From: Eledone cirrhosa
Lineage: Eukaryota
Assembly: GCA_964016885.1 (NCBI GenBank)
Contig: OZ024742.1
Span: 57,164,001 to 57,228,000 of the forward strand
DNA length: 64,000 nucleotides
Reading direction: 5' to 3'
The notes beneath the pieces were generated by a model. That model was not told the origin of the DNA, made no database searches, and saw only the letters and a list, made by a program, of their open reading frames with translations. Numbering within the stretch: the stretch's first letter is position 1; the number at the start of each line of letters is the position of its first letter. Position numbers and translations under genes: made by a program. Positions 1-13,886 of the stretch are shown here, piece after piece.

Positions 1-429
1 AGGAAATAAGTTTCTGTGTATATGGGGCGAGCCTTTTAAGCAGGATTTAAGCGTGTCGAGAATGTAAACCAGCTTAGAGTATCGATTAATAAAAGTTTAT
101 ATCAAGAACTCACAATACCCCATTTAAACTTCCTCTAAAATTGCCTATTTAAAAATTTTGAACGGTTCGGATCTTAAATGATAAAGTGGCATTTCACTTT
201 CTTTAGTAATATTCACGGGAAACATAGCTGTCCTCGCTTCTTATATCACAATTCTTCTAAAGAGACTTGTATATCTGTGTAAACGCCGTAGAGAAAAAAG
301 TTAACCAGTTAAGAACAAGAGGTGGTTTCGTTTTTTATTTCACTGACACCGTAAATATCTTATCTCCCTCTACAAAAATATTGGACCTACTCCCAAATTA
401 AAAAGAAATTATTTCTCGTACATAAACGA

Positions 430-760
430 AGAAGTTCTCTATATTTTTTTTATGTACATCACTTCTCAAGTGCCGAATTCTAAAGGTGTAGACTTTGTCT
501 GCATTATCGATATATAAACCACTTCTAATCATGCCTTGTGGATATTTCAATTGTGTTTAACCACTAACCTACATCATTCAGCCTGATTGGTTATCAAGAA
601 CATAAAATATTGGTTCATATCGACGAAGTAAGAGATACGTTTTAGATAATATAAGACATTATGAGATTTTCCTTGCAGTTCACTGGATATATTGTTTGGT
701 TTGTTTTACTTTAAATCGAAACTCTAACTTTCGGACAAAGGTTCATGCTACTCGTCTCAT
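430..760 (+). pseudogene. Highly decayed Penelope-like GIY-YIG endonuclease remnant
   Basis: Manual translation gives RCRLCLHY (CxxC, ~485-508) and an IGS...RF-like segment (~608-645), broken by stops and frameshifts. Confidence 0.3.
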
Positions 761-965
761 AATTAATACTCTGTTTGCTGAAGAGCAGCAAACATCATAA
801 TTATCTATATGAGTATTCTCATATAATCACTATAGTGTATATAACATTTACTATTTTATTGGTTTCGGGCATCGTGGTGATTCGTAAAATGTTTATTGGT
901 GTGTAAGTATATGTATATCAACGTGACATCATGTATAACTTCATAAATTAATATGTATGTGTGTG

Positions 966-1420
966 TGTGTGTATGTATATATATATATATACACCATATA
1001 TATATATATATATATATATATACACCATATATATATACCATATATATATATATATATATACCATATATATATATATATACCATATATATACCATATATAC
1101 ATATATATACCATATATATATATATACCATATATATATATATATATATATACCATATATATATATACCATATATATATATACCATATATATATATACCAT
1201 ATATATATATATACCATATATATATATACACCATATATACATATACCATATATATATATATACCATATATATATATGCCATATATATATATACCATATAT
1301 ATATACCATATATATATATATACACACCATATATACATATACCATATATATATATATACCATATATATATATTTATATATACATATATATATATACATAT
1401 ATTTATTTATATATACATAG
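966..1420. repeat. Compound (TA)n microsatellite with recurrent CCA interruptions
   Basis: Repeated tatatataccat units, flanked by a ~40-bp inverted repeat (926-965 / 1422-1461). Confidence 0.9.
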
Positions 1421-1828
1421 AAACACACATACATATTAATTTATGAAATTTCACACGATGTGTGTGTGTGTGTGTGTGCATATGTTTGTTTGTATGTCTG
1501 CTATGTATTGTTTATATAACATAACATCAATTATTGATATTTCATATCCTACAAACTTTAAATAGCTGTTTCGTTTTCATATAAGCCACCAAAATAGAAC
1601 ACTGCAATTCCCGTTTCCGAAATTACTGGAAAAAATTGCAAGAAAGTGAGAAAACGTGAATAGAAAAATCTTAATGATAAAATCTGAGCTGCAATGTTTC
1701 TATAATTTGATTTAATTTCATTTATGGGCAACTATCATTCTTTGTTTACTTCCTAAAACAGACTTTGCTGAGATTTAAACTAGAACGAGTAACATTAATT
1801 TGTGCAATGTTTATATGCATGGACATAC

Positions 1829-1884
<56 letters not shown>

Positions 1885-2027
1885 AGTATGTATTGGTTGT
1901 ATACCAACACCTCAGTATGCAGATTGGAGCACTCGACGAAGTGCGCAGGTTGGTTTGGTTACTCCGGATTAATGTAAAATAAAATAAAATAAATAAGTCA
2001 AATGTTTAAAATTTGGCTTCGTTTATT

Positions 2028-2082
2028 ACTGCTATATATATTTCGGTGACAGCCATCTTTGGCTGTGACCTCTTCAGGTAGT
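2028..2082 (-). ncRNA. Type I hammerhead ribozyme motif (PLE pLTR type)
   Basis: Minus strand: ACTAC CTGAAGA GGTCACAGCCA aaga TGGCTGTCACC GAAA TATATA TA GCAGT, then AATAAA. One mismatch in stem I. Related to 37886-37941. Confidence 0.7.
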
Positions 2083-2769
2083 CCAAATTAGTGTGGTAGA
2101 GACGAGTACACATGTTGTTGAGGTGTATAACTTTGTCAATACTCTGATATGCCCAGTTCCTGGTTGGGTTGTTATTTCACTGAGGAACTGGAATTATATT
2201 AATTCAAACAAACGAATTTCAGCGTCAAAGGGCCTCTTCTCCTCTCATTGGTCAGTTGTTAGAACATTCCTCAGTCAAAAGTCTATAGAAATTCGTTCTC
2301 AGGCAAGCCAATCTGTAGTTGTTGTTCTTGTTATTGTTAGGTACATCTAACCTCTATTCTTATGTTGGTAGTGGTGTTATTGTTGGAGTCAGCTCAAAAA
2401 AAGAAGTGATAAAGTGGTAGAATAAGATGGTAAAGGAACAAAATAAAATAAAATAATCGAATAAAATGTGTGTGTGTGTTTTACCCATCTCAATGTTATA
2501 AAGATCAAACTTCCCATTGGTCAGTTTTGAGAGCATTCCTCAGTCCAAAGTCTATAGAAATTCTGTCTGGGGTGAGGCTCCCTGTAGTGTTTGTGTTTGC
2601 TATTGTTAAGTACATCAGACCTCTACCCTTATTTTGGTAGTGTTGTTGGTGTTGTGGTCAGCTTATGTCTTGCTGCTGCTGACAATTTAGAAGTATCTGT
2701 GTGTGTGTTTCTTCACCCCTCCTGCCACCATCTCCCGTGGTGGTGGGGGGGGGGGGGGGGTTCTGCCAT

Positions 2770-5140
2770 GTATATGAAGAAACCTGAGAAACCGGATTAC
2801 AGTACTTAAAGAGACAACTGGAATACTTGTCCATGCTGACAAAACCAACAACCTCTACAACATGAACACTGAACTGTATAATAAGATAATTCTCAGGGAA
2901 CTGAGGAAGTGCTACAAAAAACACTTGGATTTACCCTGGATGAGATCAATGCCACAGCTTACAGGATTATATCTGGACTCGGCATAGAGGACAGGACGGC
3001 CCCATACCAACCAAGGGAGCTGTGGATTACCCTGAAAGATCACAAGCCAAACTTTGAGTCCGACCTCCCTGTCAGACTAATAACCCCCTCCAGATCTGAC
3101 CTAGGGATCGTCAGTAAAAGAATACTAGATAGGATTTTGCCCAAGCTTCGGAAGAAAACTAAATTACAGCAATGGTCATGCACGGGAGAGGTAATAGAAT
3201 GGTTTAAGATACTACATGAGAAAAGTAAGACCAGCTTTATATATCTGGATATCGCAGGCTACTACTCCTCAATCTCACCCATAGTACTTAATAAGGCCCT
3301 ATTTTTAGCGATGTCCAACACGGACCTAACCCGAGAGGAGGTGAGCATCATCCACGCCGCAAGAAAGACCTTAATCCGTTTCGATGGAGACCTTTGGACC
3401 AGGAGTGATTGGCCAAATAACTTTGACATCACGATGCGCTCCAGCAACTCAGCACATGTAACGGACCTGGTTGGGCTCTTCCTGCTGAAGCAGATAAAAG
3501 ATGAAATCACCTGCCTGGGCGGCGGATTATATCGTGACGATGCTCTCTTCACAGTATATGACCACAACACCAATATGTTGGAGGGAATGAGGAGGCGTAT
3601 TCGCCATTTCTTTAAGAACCAGGGGTTCAGTATAGAACTAGACCCAAATAGAAAGGTAGTTAACTTCCTAGACACCACCCTAAACCTGAACACCGAACAA
3701 TACTACCCTACCACAAGCCCAACGAGAAACTCGTATATGTTAACGCCAAGTCAAACCACCCTAGATCCATAACCAAGGCCGTGGTCAAGAGTGTCTCTGA
3801 CAGGATCTCCAGCCTGTCCGCAAGTAAGGAAATATTCGATAACAACGCGGAATATTACAACTCTAGATAAGGCGGCACATGGACAAAATATAACATACAG
3901 TCCGAAACGCCGAGATGGAGATGGCCCAACGGACACGCACACCAGCGTTGCCCGGGGGGAGGGGGGGCGAACCCTAACAATACAGGCAGTACAAAAACAA
4001 ATAGGCACCAAGAGCCCGACACCACCACACGGGCGTTGGTGACCAGTACGATAAACCATGGGATGAAACCCAATATGAGTAGCAGTCTCAGCCGTGATGC
4101 TAACCACCCCGGGCCCGACGACCCCAACTTCATGACACGTGGGGGGGACCACCCCATGGTAGATCTCCCAGCGCGGGCAACGACGACCCCACAAATTCCG
4201 GCCGTGAAGATAGCAAAACGCATAGCGCCCAAAGGGGAAGCATCAATGCGGGAACCACCAGCAACCCAACAAATCTCCAACAACTCACGAAGCCCCCGAC
4301 CCACACATGTAGGAGGAGACACAGAAAAATCACGTGGTACAATTCACCCTACTCAGCGGCCCTAAAGAACAGCTTGGCCCGATCATTCTTTGGAATTCTT
4401 TGGTAAATGCTTCCCGAGGGACCATAGATACCACAAGATCTTCAACAGACACACTGTGAAGCTCTCGTATTCCACCACGAGAAATCTGACCCGACACATA
4501 GCTAGCATCAACAGGAGTAGACTTAAAAACCACACACAACCAGAAGATGGCAATACAAGCACTCAGCAGAACCATGTGAAAGGAGGGAAGGGGGGACCCA
4601 GTTCCCACCCAAGAAATCCAAACAGACCCGGGGACCCCCCATCGCGCCTGGGGGAAGACCTCCATATAACACCTAACGGGAACCCCAATCTAGGCACGCA
4701 GAGGTCGACCACCCTCTGCAACTGCAGAAACCCCGATTCATGGCCCCTTGGTAATGAATGCCTTAAGAAGAACCTAGTATACGGTTGTAGGGTTAAAACC
4801 CCCAACTCCGAACACCTCTATATAAGAGCCACATCAACGAGCTTTAAAGACCGCTGGTATAACCATCACCATTCCTTCAATAAGGAGGCCAAAAGGAAAA
4901 GCACGGCTCTCTCCGACCTGATCTGGAAGCTTAAGCTGGACAGGACCCCGTACTCTCTGGCCTAGTCCAGAATCAGGAAAGTACCACTCGATAAAAGGGG
5001 ATCTTGCATATGCACACTATGTCTGAACGAGACCCTCGAGATAATAAAAGGTGGCCTAATAAACCTCGAGATAATAAAAGGCGGCCTAATAAACCTCAGA
5101 ACTGACTCTTCGGGGCATGCAGACACCTCAGGGTCGGGAC
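2770..5140 (+). mobile_element. Naiad-type Penelope-like retroelement, frameshifted (RT + GIY-YIG)
   Basis: ADKTNNLY, LKDHKPNF, LDIAGYYSSI, GLYRDD, FLDTTL (ORF 2909-3772). ITWYNSPY near 4330. CNCRNPDSWPL, LVYGC and LYIRATSTSFKDRWYNH (ORF 4390-4965). Several frameshifts and stops. Confidence 0.9.
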
Positions 5141-5830
5141 CTTCCTCAAGATATATGGACAGTAGCAACACAATAAGATGTGAACTCCCCTCAAGCTATA
5201 GGGACTTCTCCAGAACATGTAGACACCTCCCGGCCAAACCTCCCTCAAGCTATATGGGCAGTAACAACACCATAGGTTGGGAACTCCCCTCAAGCCATAG
5301 GGACAAACCCAGGCTGAGCAGACACCCTGATAGCCTATGGATTGTTTCTGACACAGCCTTTAATTTGGCCAACATCTTTATAACACGCACACATTTTAAT
5401 TTACCTGATTTTTGATTTTTCAATTTTGATTTCTCATTATTCATTTGTTATTTGTTTTCTGTTTTCTTCAATTTATCACCTTATATTTATATTTAAGTTG
5501 AGATTGATTATAAGACACACACATTTTATTTGATTATCCTATTTCGTTTTATTCTTTTACCATCTTGTTCCTCCTACCAATCTATCCAACATATTTCTGA
5601 CCTTGAGATTGGTTATCGCACACACACATTTATCTTATCTTATTCGAATCTTCATTTTATTTTTCACTTTTCATTATCAATTTTCATTTTCCATATTCAC
5701 TTTTCATTACTTTTTCATTACCTTTTCATTAATTTTTCATTTATTCTCTATCTATTATTTATTTTCTGTTTACTTCATTTTATTGCCTTCTATTTCTTCA
5801 TATACATGGCAGAACCATATATATATATAC

Positions 5831-6000
<170 letters not shown>

Positions 6001-6164
6001 TGTTATACTTTGGGAGGGTCATGTTGCCAATAAGAAACACACGCACCAGTTGTTTTCACTTCAATTTATTATATATTTATAAATTTATAAATTTACAAAT
6101 CTACAAACTTATAAATTTCTGGTTGGTTGGTTGGTTCCACAACCAGATAGTTGTTTATATATAT

Positions 6165-6209
6165 AGTCATAGTCCTTTCGTCACACACTCTGTGACCTCT
6201 TCAGTGACT
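6165..6209 (-). ncRNA. Minimal type I hammerhead (family P1)
   Basis: Reverse complement of 6343-6387. Confidence 0.7.
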
Positions 6210-6342
6210 GGGGATTCCTTTCTTCGTTTCTGTGCCTTTTCTTTCTTCTATCCTACGCCATTTTGTTTCTGTGACACACACAGAAACAAAATGGCGTAGG
6301 ATAGAAGAAAGAAAAGGCACAGAAACGAAGAAAGGAATCCCC

Positions 6343-6387
6343 AGTCACTGAAGAGGTCACAGAGTGTGTGACGAAAGGACTATGACT
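6343..6387 (+). ncRNA. Minimal type I hammerhead (family P1)
   Basis: AGTCA CTGAAGA G GTCACA gagtg TGTGAC GAAA GGAC TA TGACT. Stem I is AGTCA/TGACT, predicted site CUA. Confidence 0.7.
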
Positions 6388-6609
6388 ATATATATAAACA
6401 ACTATCTGGTTGTGGAACCAACCAACCAACCAGAAATTTATAAGTTTGTAGATTTGTAAATTTATAAATTTATAAATATATAATAAATTGAAGTGAAAGC
6501 AACTGGTGCGTGTGTTTCTTATTGGCAACATGACCCTCCCAAAGTATAACAATATCGGTTTCAACACACGATTTCAGATAAAGAATCTTGCTAAACAAAT
6601 TCAGAAACG

Positions 6610-6713
<104 letters not shown>

Positions 6714-6731
6714 GTATATAAATATATATAG

Positions 6732-7190
<459 letters not shown>

Positions 7191-7231
7191 GATATATATA
7201 GAAGTAGTAACACAACAGTTTGTTCACCATA

Positions 7232-7272
7232 CCGAGAACAATTGTTTCACCTTATGCGGATCATCAGCTCGG
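7232..7272 (-). ncRNA. Type I hammerhead in solo pLTR fragment
   Basis: CCGAG CTGATGA T CC gcataa GG T GAAAC AATT GTT CTCGG. Homologous to 21260-21297. Confidence 0.75.
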
Positions 7273-8094
7273 ACTGGTCATGGTTATACGGTATATACCC
7301 AGTATATTCAGCTTTAGACGTAAAGAACCGAGAAAATACCACAAAACATTTTATTTGATGCGTTAACGATTCTGCCAGCCCAAATGCGATCATGTATACT
7401 CTGTTACTTGCATTAGCGTATTCATTAATAGCTAGTAATTCTTAGGCTGTTAATTAACTCCAGATTAGCATTGACTAAGTTGACTAAGTAGACCTGTAAT
7501 TTATGTGTCGCAGCTCTGTTCATCTCGTCTTTTGGGGCGTGTCTAACAATACAGTGTCATTCCCATTAAAATGAACTGCGGGCTGTGATTTGAAAGTGAT
7601 TTAGCTATTGCATTTAGTAGATCGAACGACAAATATTCCCTTCTTTATTCGCTATTTCATTATGTTGTGTATATTTGCAGTGGTGTTCAAATTCAACTCT
7701 GACAAGTAACAAAATGTCATTTAAATTTATTTATCTATCTATCTATTTAGTTTTACTGTTCAAAGCTGTACGTCTACATGATACCTATCCAGAAGCATCT
7801 TTAAGTGTTTTACCATAGTTACTATTCAGTGTTCATGACAGCAACAGAATCACAGACACATTAATCATATACTAACATCCACTGCACAAAACAAGCCAAG
7901 ATTTGATGTAATTGGTTTTGTTTTTGTATACTTTGTAGTTGTTTTGTTTTGTTTTTCTGAAACTACGTATATAAATTCAACAATCTAACCATGATACATG
8001 TTCAAAATATAAAAAAGAATAAAGGAAATAATTATTCTGAAATATAAGAATACATTTGGTAAAGCATTTTTCACCATTTCCATTGCATATTAAG

Positions 8095-8155
<61 letters not shown>

Positions 8156-8623
8156 CATCATATATGACATATAAATCAAAACATTAAACAGAAACTGTTA
8201 TATTTATTTCATTTATTCCCATTGGTATTCTTTTAAAATATTCTCATGTTTTCCAATGAAAATTATATCAAGCAAGACATTTTTAACTATTCATATTACA
8301 AATTTTCCATTGTGTTGTTAAACGATATTACAATGTATAATCCTCCATAGATTTAGGAAAAGTGATGCATGATTTCAAACTCTCGTTTATAAAATTCTCT
8401 GATTTCTATTTCACATTTCTCATTTTAAAATGCCGAATGGAACATTATTTAGCAGAATGTGGTGTTTCAATATATTAAAAGCTCACCTAACAGAAAACAG
8501 TGTAAGATCAAATTCCACAGAAAGACATCAAATACAGATGACTTTTACGTGATCTTAATAATGGTGGTGATGATGGATGTGGTAGTGGTGATTGTGGTGG
8601 TACTGAGGGGGAGCTTAGGAATG

Positions 8624-8838
8624 GTTTCTAATTTTGGTACAAGGACAGCAATTTAAAGGTGAGTGGAAGTCGATTGAATTGACACTAATGCATTACAGGT
8701 ACTTTGTTTTATCAACCTTGTAAGGATGAAAGGCAAAGTTAACCTCTGCGGGATTTGAACTCAGAACATAAAGAGCCTAACTATATACCGCAAAGCATGT
8801 TGTCAGACATTCTACCAATAGTGCCAATCTACCGCCCT
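8624..8838 (-). mobile_element. Abundant tRNA-like SINE (second family)
   Basis: GATGAAAGGCAAAGTTAACCTC..GGGATTTGAACTCAGAAC core. Other copies near 13908-14058, 14340-14485, 14888-15000, 16021-16180, 40688-40897, 45190-45395, 52165-52343, 57578-57750 and 60350-60463. Confidence 0.8.
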
Positions 8839-9252
8839 GGGGTGGGAAAGCTTAATAATTGTTTCTACTTTAGGCACAAGGCCAGCAATTACCCAGTGCA
8901 TTACTGGTACTTTATTTTATCGACCCCGTTAATGAAAGGCATAAGTAGTTGCTGAGATTAAATTTGAATCACTTTATGTACAGTGTTCATAATATTATGA
9001 AATTCATGAACAGCATATGTTTATATTTACCCACCCTTTAAATGACTGACAGTGTGCTTAAGAACATAAGAGCGTGTGCCATTATTTCAATTTAATATAG
9101 CATTCTATTGGATAATTATGTTGACTACATTAATTGGCTGTATTCAAATTCCTTAGAGTTAACTTACCATTTATCTTCAGTACAGTTGTTTAATAACATC
9201 AGTAAAATACACATAGCCTTTTGCTTTATTAATTATCATAGCATTATTATCA

Positions 9253-10234
9253 CTGCCAGCTGGGCACCAGTATCGGTGGAACATCCACCTCGGCGTTCTA
9301 TAGAGGACTAGTGGAGGGGAAGAGCGACGACATTCTCGGAGAGATCCTGGGCGTCGAAGAAGATCAGCTGTTTGCTCTATTCCGGAGAACTTTCAGCCCG
9401 GGGCCTATGGATAACTTCCAAAAATCCCTGGCCTGGCAGTGCTACCGGGGAGCGCTGCCGGATCGAGATAAGCTCTACAGGCACGGAAGTGCCGTCAGCC
9501 GAGCATGTCCGAGATGCGCGCAGAGCGACGAAACGTCGTGCACGGACTCGTTCAGTGCCCGATCATTGCTGACTTGTGGAGCTATGTCGAACAGTTTCTG
9601 TCGCGTGTGGGACTGATCCGGTTGTCGACTGAGTCCATTGTGCAGATGGTCTCGCCGTCTTCCTTCGATGAGGAAGGGCAGGCGGTTTTCATCTGCCTGG
9701 TGGCCATGGCGAAAGAGATTGTGTGGTGGACAAGGTTAAAAGGGTTAAAGACAGACACTTTCCTCTTCGGCGAATCCCTAATTAACTTTTTCAAGTTTCA
9801 CTTGAAGAGGGAAATCGGGGTGGAGAGGCAAGTGCTGCCTTCTAGCAAGTTTGTTGAAAGGTGGGTGAATGTAGCGAGAATGGTCCGAGTGAACGGGAGC
9901 ACTCTGAATATGCGTTTGTAGTTTGAGAGATGGAAAAATTGACAGAGGGCGCTTGCCCTTGTGGTCAGGGCGGCCGTGGTCTTTTGTGTGGTTTTCGCCA
10001 CGAGTAACCCTCGGAGGTTTTCCCCCTATTGGGGAATTTTTCATTGTTTCAATTTTCATTTTTATTGTTTATATATATATATGTTTCTATGTCCTTTTTT
10101 TCTTTTTTTCTTCTTTTCTTATATAAATAATAAAAATATTTACACGCACAAAACCCACATCGTACCGTCCTGTACCGTCCTGTGCCGTCTGTAATGTTTT
10201 TCTTGGTGTCAGCCCTTGTGGCCAATAAATAAAT
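9253..10234 (+). mobile_element. 5'-truncated Tx1/L1-like LINE 3' end
   Basis: CPRC..ET..H..VQC zinc knuckle (ORFs 9311-9616, 9505-9921). 3' end is gcccttgtggccaataaa. Candidate TSD cattattatca at 9242-9252 and 10235-10245. Confidence 0.85.
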
Positions 10235-10274
10235 CATTATTATCATCATTATCAACATTATTATTATTATTATA

Positions 10275-11628
10275 GTTGCATTTATCTTGCTTTATGTTCA
10301 TACGAGTTATCACCAAGTCACAACCAGTGACCTCAAGAGACAACAAGGTCCGCCATGTTCAAGAAAGAACATACATACTCACACATGCATCTTTAGTGTT
10401 TAGACTTGTGATGTACTTATATTGACAGAATCTTCCTTAGTATATGGGCAGTTCCCATTAGTACTATCTTTTGTATTTCTCCTATACGTGGGTTTCCTGG
10501 GATTTGCGATAAGTAATCATTAGACCCCTTAGGTATCATTCCCAGAGCGCCCACAACCACTGGTATTGTTTTAGTTCTCAATTTCCACATTTTTCCAATT
10601 TCTATCTCCGGGTCCTTATACTTGCTCAATTTTTCAAATGTTTTTATAGATACATTCTTGTCTATTGGAACAGACATATCAATTAGCAGGCATACCCTCC
10701 TTTGAAAGTCCTTCAATATTATATCAGGTCTATTTGCATCTATTTTTCGGTCTGTTTGGATGCTAAAGTTCCAAAAGATTGAGATGTGATCTTTTTCAAG
10801 TATGGGAGGTGGTTGATGCTCCCACCAATTCTTTTGATGGGGCAGGTCAAAATGCTTACACATTATCCAATGTATATATTGTGCAGCTCTGTCATGCCTG
10901 TTTAGGTATTCGGTTGGAGCTATAGGACTGCACATTGAAATGATATGGTCAATGGTCTCTGGTTGTTTTTTGCACACACGGCATAATTGGCTGCATCCAT
11001 TTTTTATTATGTTGGCTTGGTAATTTTTTGTTGGCAGACACTGATCTTGTGCTGATATAATCAGTCCTTCAGTCTCCTCCGATTTCAGTCCAGAGGATGC
11101 CAACCACTGATGGGTTAAAGTTTTGTCAACATCAGGATTGTTAGTTCGTTCTGGGTATTTTCCATACAGAGGCTTTTCTTGCCATTTCTTAGCCAGTTTC
11201 TGTAGCAGTTCTTTCTTTACAGTTACTTTTACCTGCTTTGCTTTTTCTGTGTTTTCCATTTCAGCAGTAAATGGGACTTCTGAAATTTGTAGTCCATTAC
11301 TGTATCTTTGTGCATCTTTTGTAATGGAATATGATCTTTTGATGCTTTCGTGTTTCAAAACGAGTTTGATCATCCAATCATGTGATTCCCTTAGATATGT
11401 AGATAATCCAATTGTTGCAGTTTTCAACGCAATGTCTAACTGGACTAACCCACGTCCTCGTTCTTTCCTAGGGAGATATATTCTATCTATATCTGCCTTA
11501 GGGTGATGCATTCTGTGCATGGTTAAGAATTTTCGAATTTTTGTATCGAGCCTACGGATCTCTGCGCTTGACCAGTTGATGACATTGTAACTGTAGGTTA
11601 CTACTGGTATGGCAAGCGTGTTTATGGC

Positions 11629-11630
<2 letters not shown>
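10275..11630 (-). mobile_element. 5'-truncated R4/Dong-clade LINE (restriction-like endonuclease)
   Basis: ORF 10417-11520: RIYLPRKERGRGL, CRVC..ETIDHIISMC, RHD, RPDII, KLSKY, PVVVGALG. Flanked by (TAA)n-type repeats on both sides. Confidence 0.9.
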
Positions 11631-11660
<30 letters not shown>

Positions 11661-11679
11661 TATTGTTATTATTATTATT

Positions 11680-12190
11680 GTTCTTTGAGTCTCAGTCATT
11701 GATGTTATTTAACTGGAAAGTTAAATAACATGCAGCCTCAGATATTCAGGACGTATCGGAGGGTTCTTGCTGTTCCCAGCAAGCATGCCTTTTGAAGTGT
11801 TTCAAAAAGCGGGGCTAGACTAATCTTCTTTAACCATCCTTGGAAACTCTTTTGAGATAGTGCCTAGTGCGCCTATTACAATCGGGACGACCTTGACTTC
11901 ATGGCAGTTCCAAATCCTTTTTACCTCCAACTTTAAGTCCTGGTATCGGTTAATTTTCTCCCTCTCCTTTTCTTGCACTCTCATGTCAAACGGGCAGGCT
12001 ACATCTACAATCAGGCATGATCTTTTTTCCTTGTCCAAAACCACCAGGTCAGGCCTATTGTATTCCAGTTTCTTGTCCGTCTGTATCCTAAAATCCCATA
12101 GCACCTTCACCTGATCGTTTTCTATCACCGACTCTGGCTTATGCTCATACCACTTCTCAGAATGTGGTAAATTGTTTACTTTGCATAGGT
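11680..12190 (-). mobile_element. Second, divergent R4/Dong-clade 3' fragment
   Basis: KWYEHKP, LWDFRIQTD, NRPDLVVLD, KINRYQDL, PIVIGALG. Its 3' end abuts a (TAA)n tract. Confidence 0.85.
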
Positions 12191-12199
12191 GGCTTTGAT

Positions 12200-13886
12200 A
12201 CCATCTCTGGAGGCTCGATCGCTGCAATGCACAGCGGCATCTACTCGCTGGTCAAAATCAAAGGCCATCTTTTGGAACCGTTATTTATCTCCCGATTGGT
12301 TCGTGTCTCCGCCCTTCTGTATGTACTGACTCTTGCCATTACTGCTGTTACAAGAAATTTCGCTCGAACCGGAACGTCAAGTGGCTGCGTCGGCATATGT
12401 GGACGACGTCATCATAAGGGTGTCTAACACCTTGGAAATCAATGTGGTCGGTAAATTCATAGAGGAATATGAAATGTTGACGAGAGTAAAGATCAACCTG
12501 GGAAAGTCGGTTGGTTTGGAGCTCGGCACCTTAAGAGGTAAATCTATGCCGTTCAACCGCGTCGTTGTACGCTGGACGGATGGACAGATGAAGTTGCTCG
12601 GGGTCTGGTTTGGTACAGACCTCCAGGCACTGAGACGAGGTAACGAGCAGAGTAGCCACACACACCAAAACATGAGCTGAAAGAAAGCTATTCCTGAAAG
12701 ATGTGGACGGATATGGCGAACGCGTACATCGCGTCCGTCATCAATTACCGCCTGACTGTCGTACTTTGCCCCAGTCCGGACATCACCAAATCGGTGCACC
12801 TGCTCTTCAACTTTTTGTGGAAATGAAAGATTCCACTGTTGAGGCGTTCCATCTGCTGCCAACACCCCCTATGCGAAGGGCTGGACATGCCATGGCTCAC
12901 GATGCGTAAACATGCGCTGAGGCTACGGTATCTTCAAGTATTCCTAAACGGTTTGTGAGACATATCTTTTGTGAGACATATCTTTCCGCAGAACGTCTCT
13001 TTGTCAGAGTTACTGTCAGGCCATGCGATCAGTAGAAATTTCACCTTATTGTTTTATAAATGACTAGTTGTAAGTAAGTGCGACGACGTTCTCCGTGAAA
13101 CTCTGGGCGTTGATAAAATCGAATTGACCAGTCAATTCCGGAGACTGTTCAGGAATCCCTGACTTGGTACTAATACCGGACAAACTACGAGTTTGAGACA
13201 AATTCTACAGACACGGAAGTACTGGCAGATGAACCTGTCCGAGATGTGCGTAGGGCGATGAAATTTCTGCACGTACTCGTCTAGTGTCTGACTTGTGGAT
13301 ATTTGTCGAACAGCTTTTATCATGGGTAGAGCGGACCCGGCTATCAACCGACCCTATCGTCAAGATCAGTCCACCGTCTTCTTTTGGCCGGGAAGGGCAG
13401 GCAATTCCTCTGTCTGGTGACTATAGCGAAAAAGGTTGTGTGTTGGACGCGACTGAGAAGACTGAAGACAGACACTTTCCACTTCGGCCAAGCCCTCATC
13501 AAGGTTTGCAAGTTTCACTTGGAAAGGAAGGTGAGTGTGGAGAGGGAAGTGCTACTCCACGGTGCATTTGTTAAAAGATGGGTAATTGTAGAGAGAATAG
13601 CCCGAGTGGGCGGGCCTACTCTGAACATGTGCCTGTAAGCTGGAGAGTTTCAACAGGAGACAAACAGTTTCCTCTGATGCTCATAGAGTTTAAGGTGGTT
13701 TTGTATCAGTGAAGTTCCTAAGTTACCCGTGGGAATTTTTATTGTTTTAATTTTATTGTTTATTATTATGTTTTATTTGTTTACACGCTTTAAATTTTTT
13801 TTTTTTTTGGGGGGGGGGAATCCCCACTGGCTCTGTCTTTTGAATTGTCCTACATGTTTCGGCCGCTGTGGCCAATAAAGAAAGAA
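12200..13886 (+). mobile_element. Decayed Tx1/L1-like LINE (RT to 3' end)
   Basis: SAYVDDV, KLLGVWFG, VVCWTRL..LK motifs. 3' end ctgtggccaataaagaaagaa followed by (att)n. Confidence 0.85.

Noticed and set aside
771-794. TGTTTGCTG AAGAG CAGCAAACA containing CTGAAGAG
   Set aside because: A small hairpin with no stem II-GAAA-stem III, so not called an HHR.
856-1446. Long YI/IY-rich ORFs here and at 5530-6989, 22655-25413, 28631-29156, 46083-48217 and elsewhere
   Set aside because: They are translations of (TA)n/(CA)n microsatellites, which lack stop codons, and are not genes.
5030-5300. 30-bp and ~45-bp local duplications resembling repeat-spacer arrays
   Set aside because: Only two or three degenerate copies at the Naiad 3' end in eukaryotic DNA. 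Not CRISPR.
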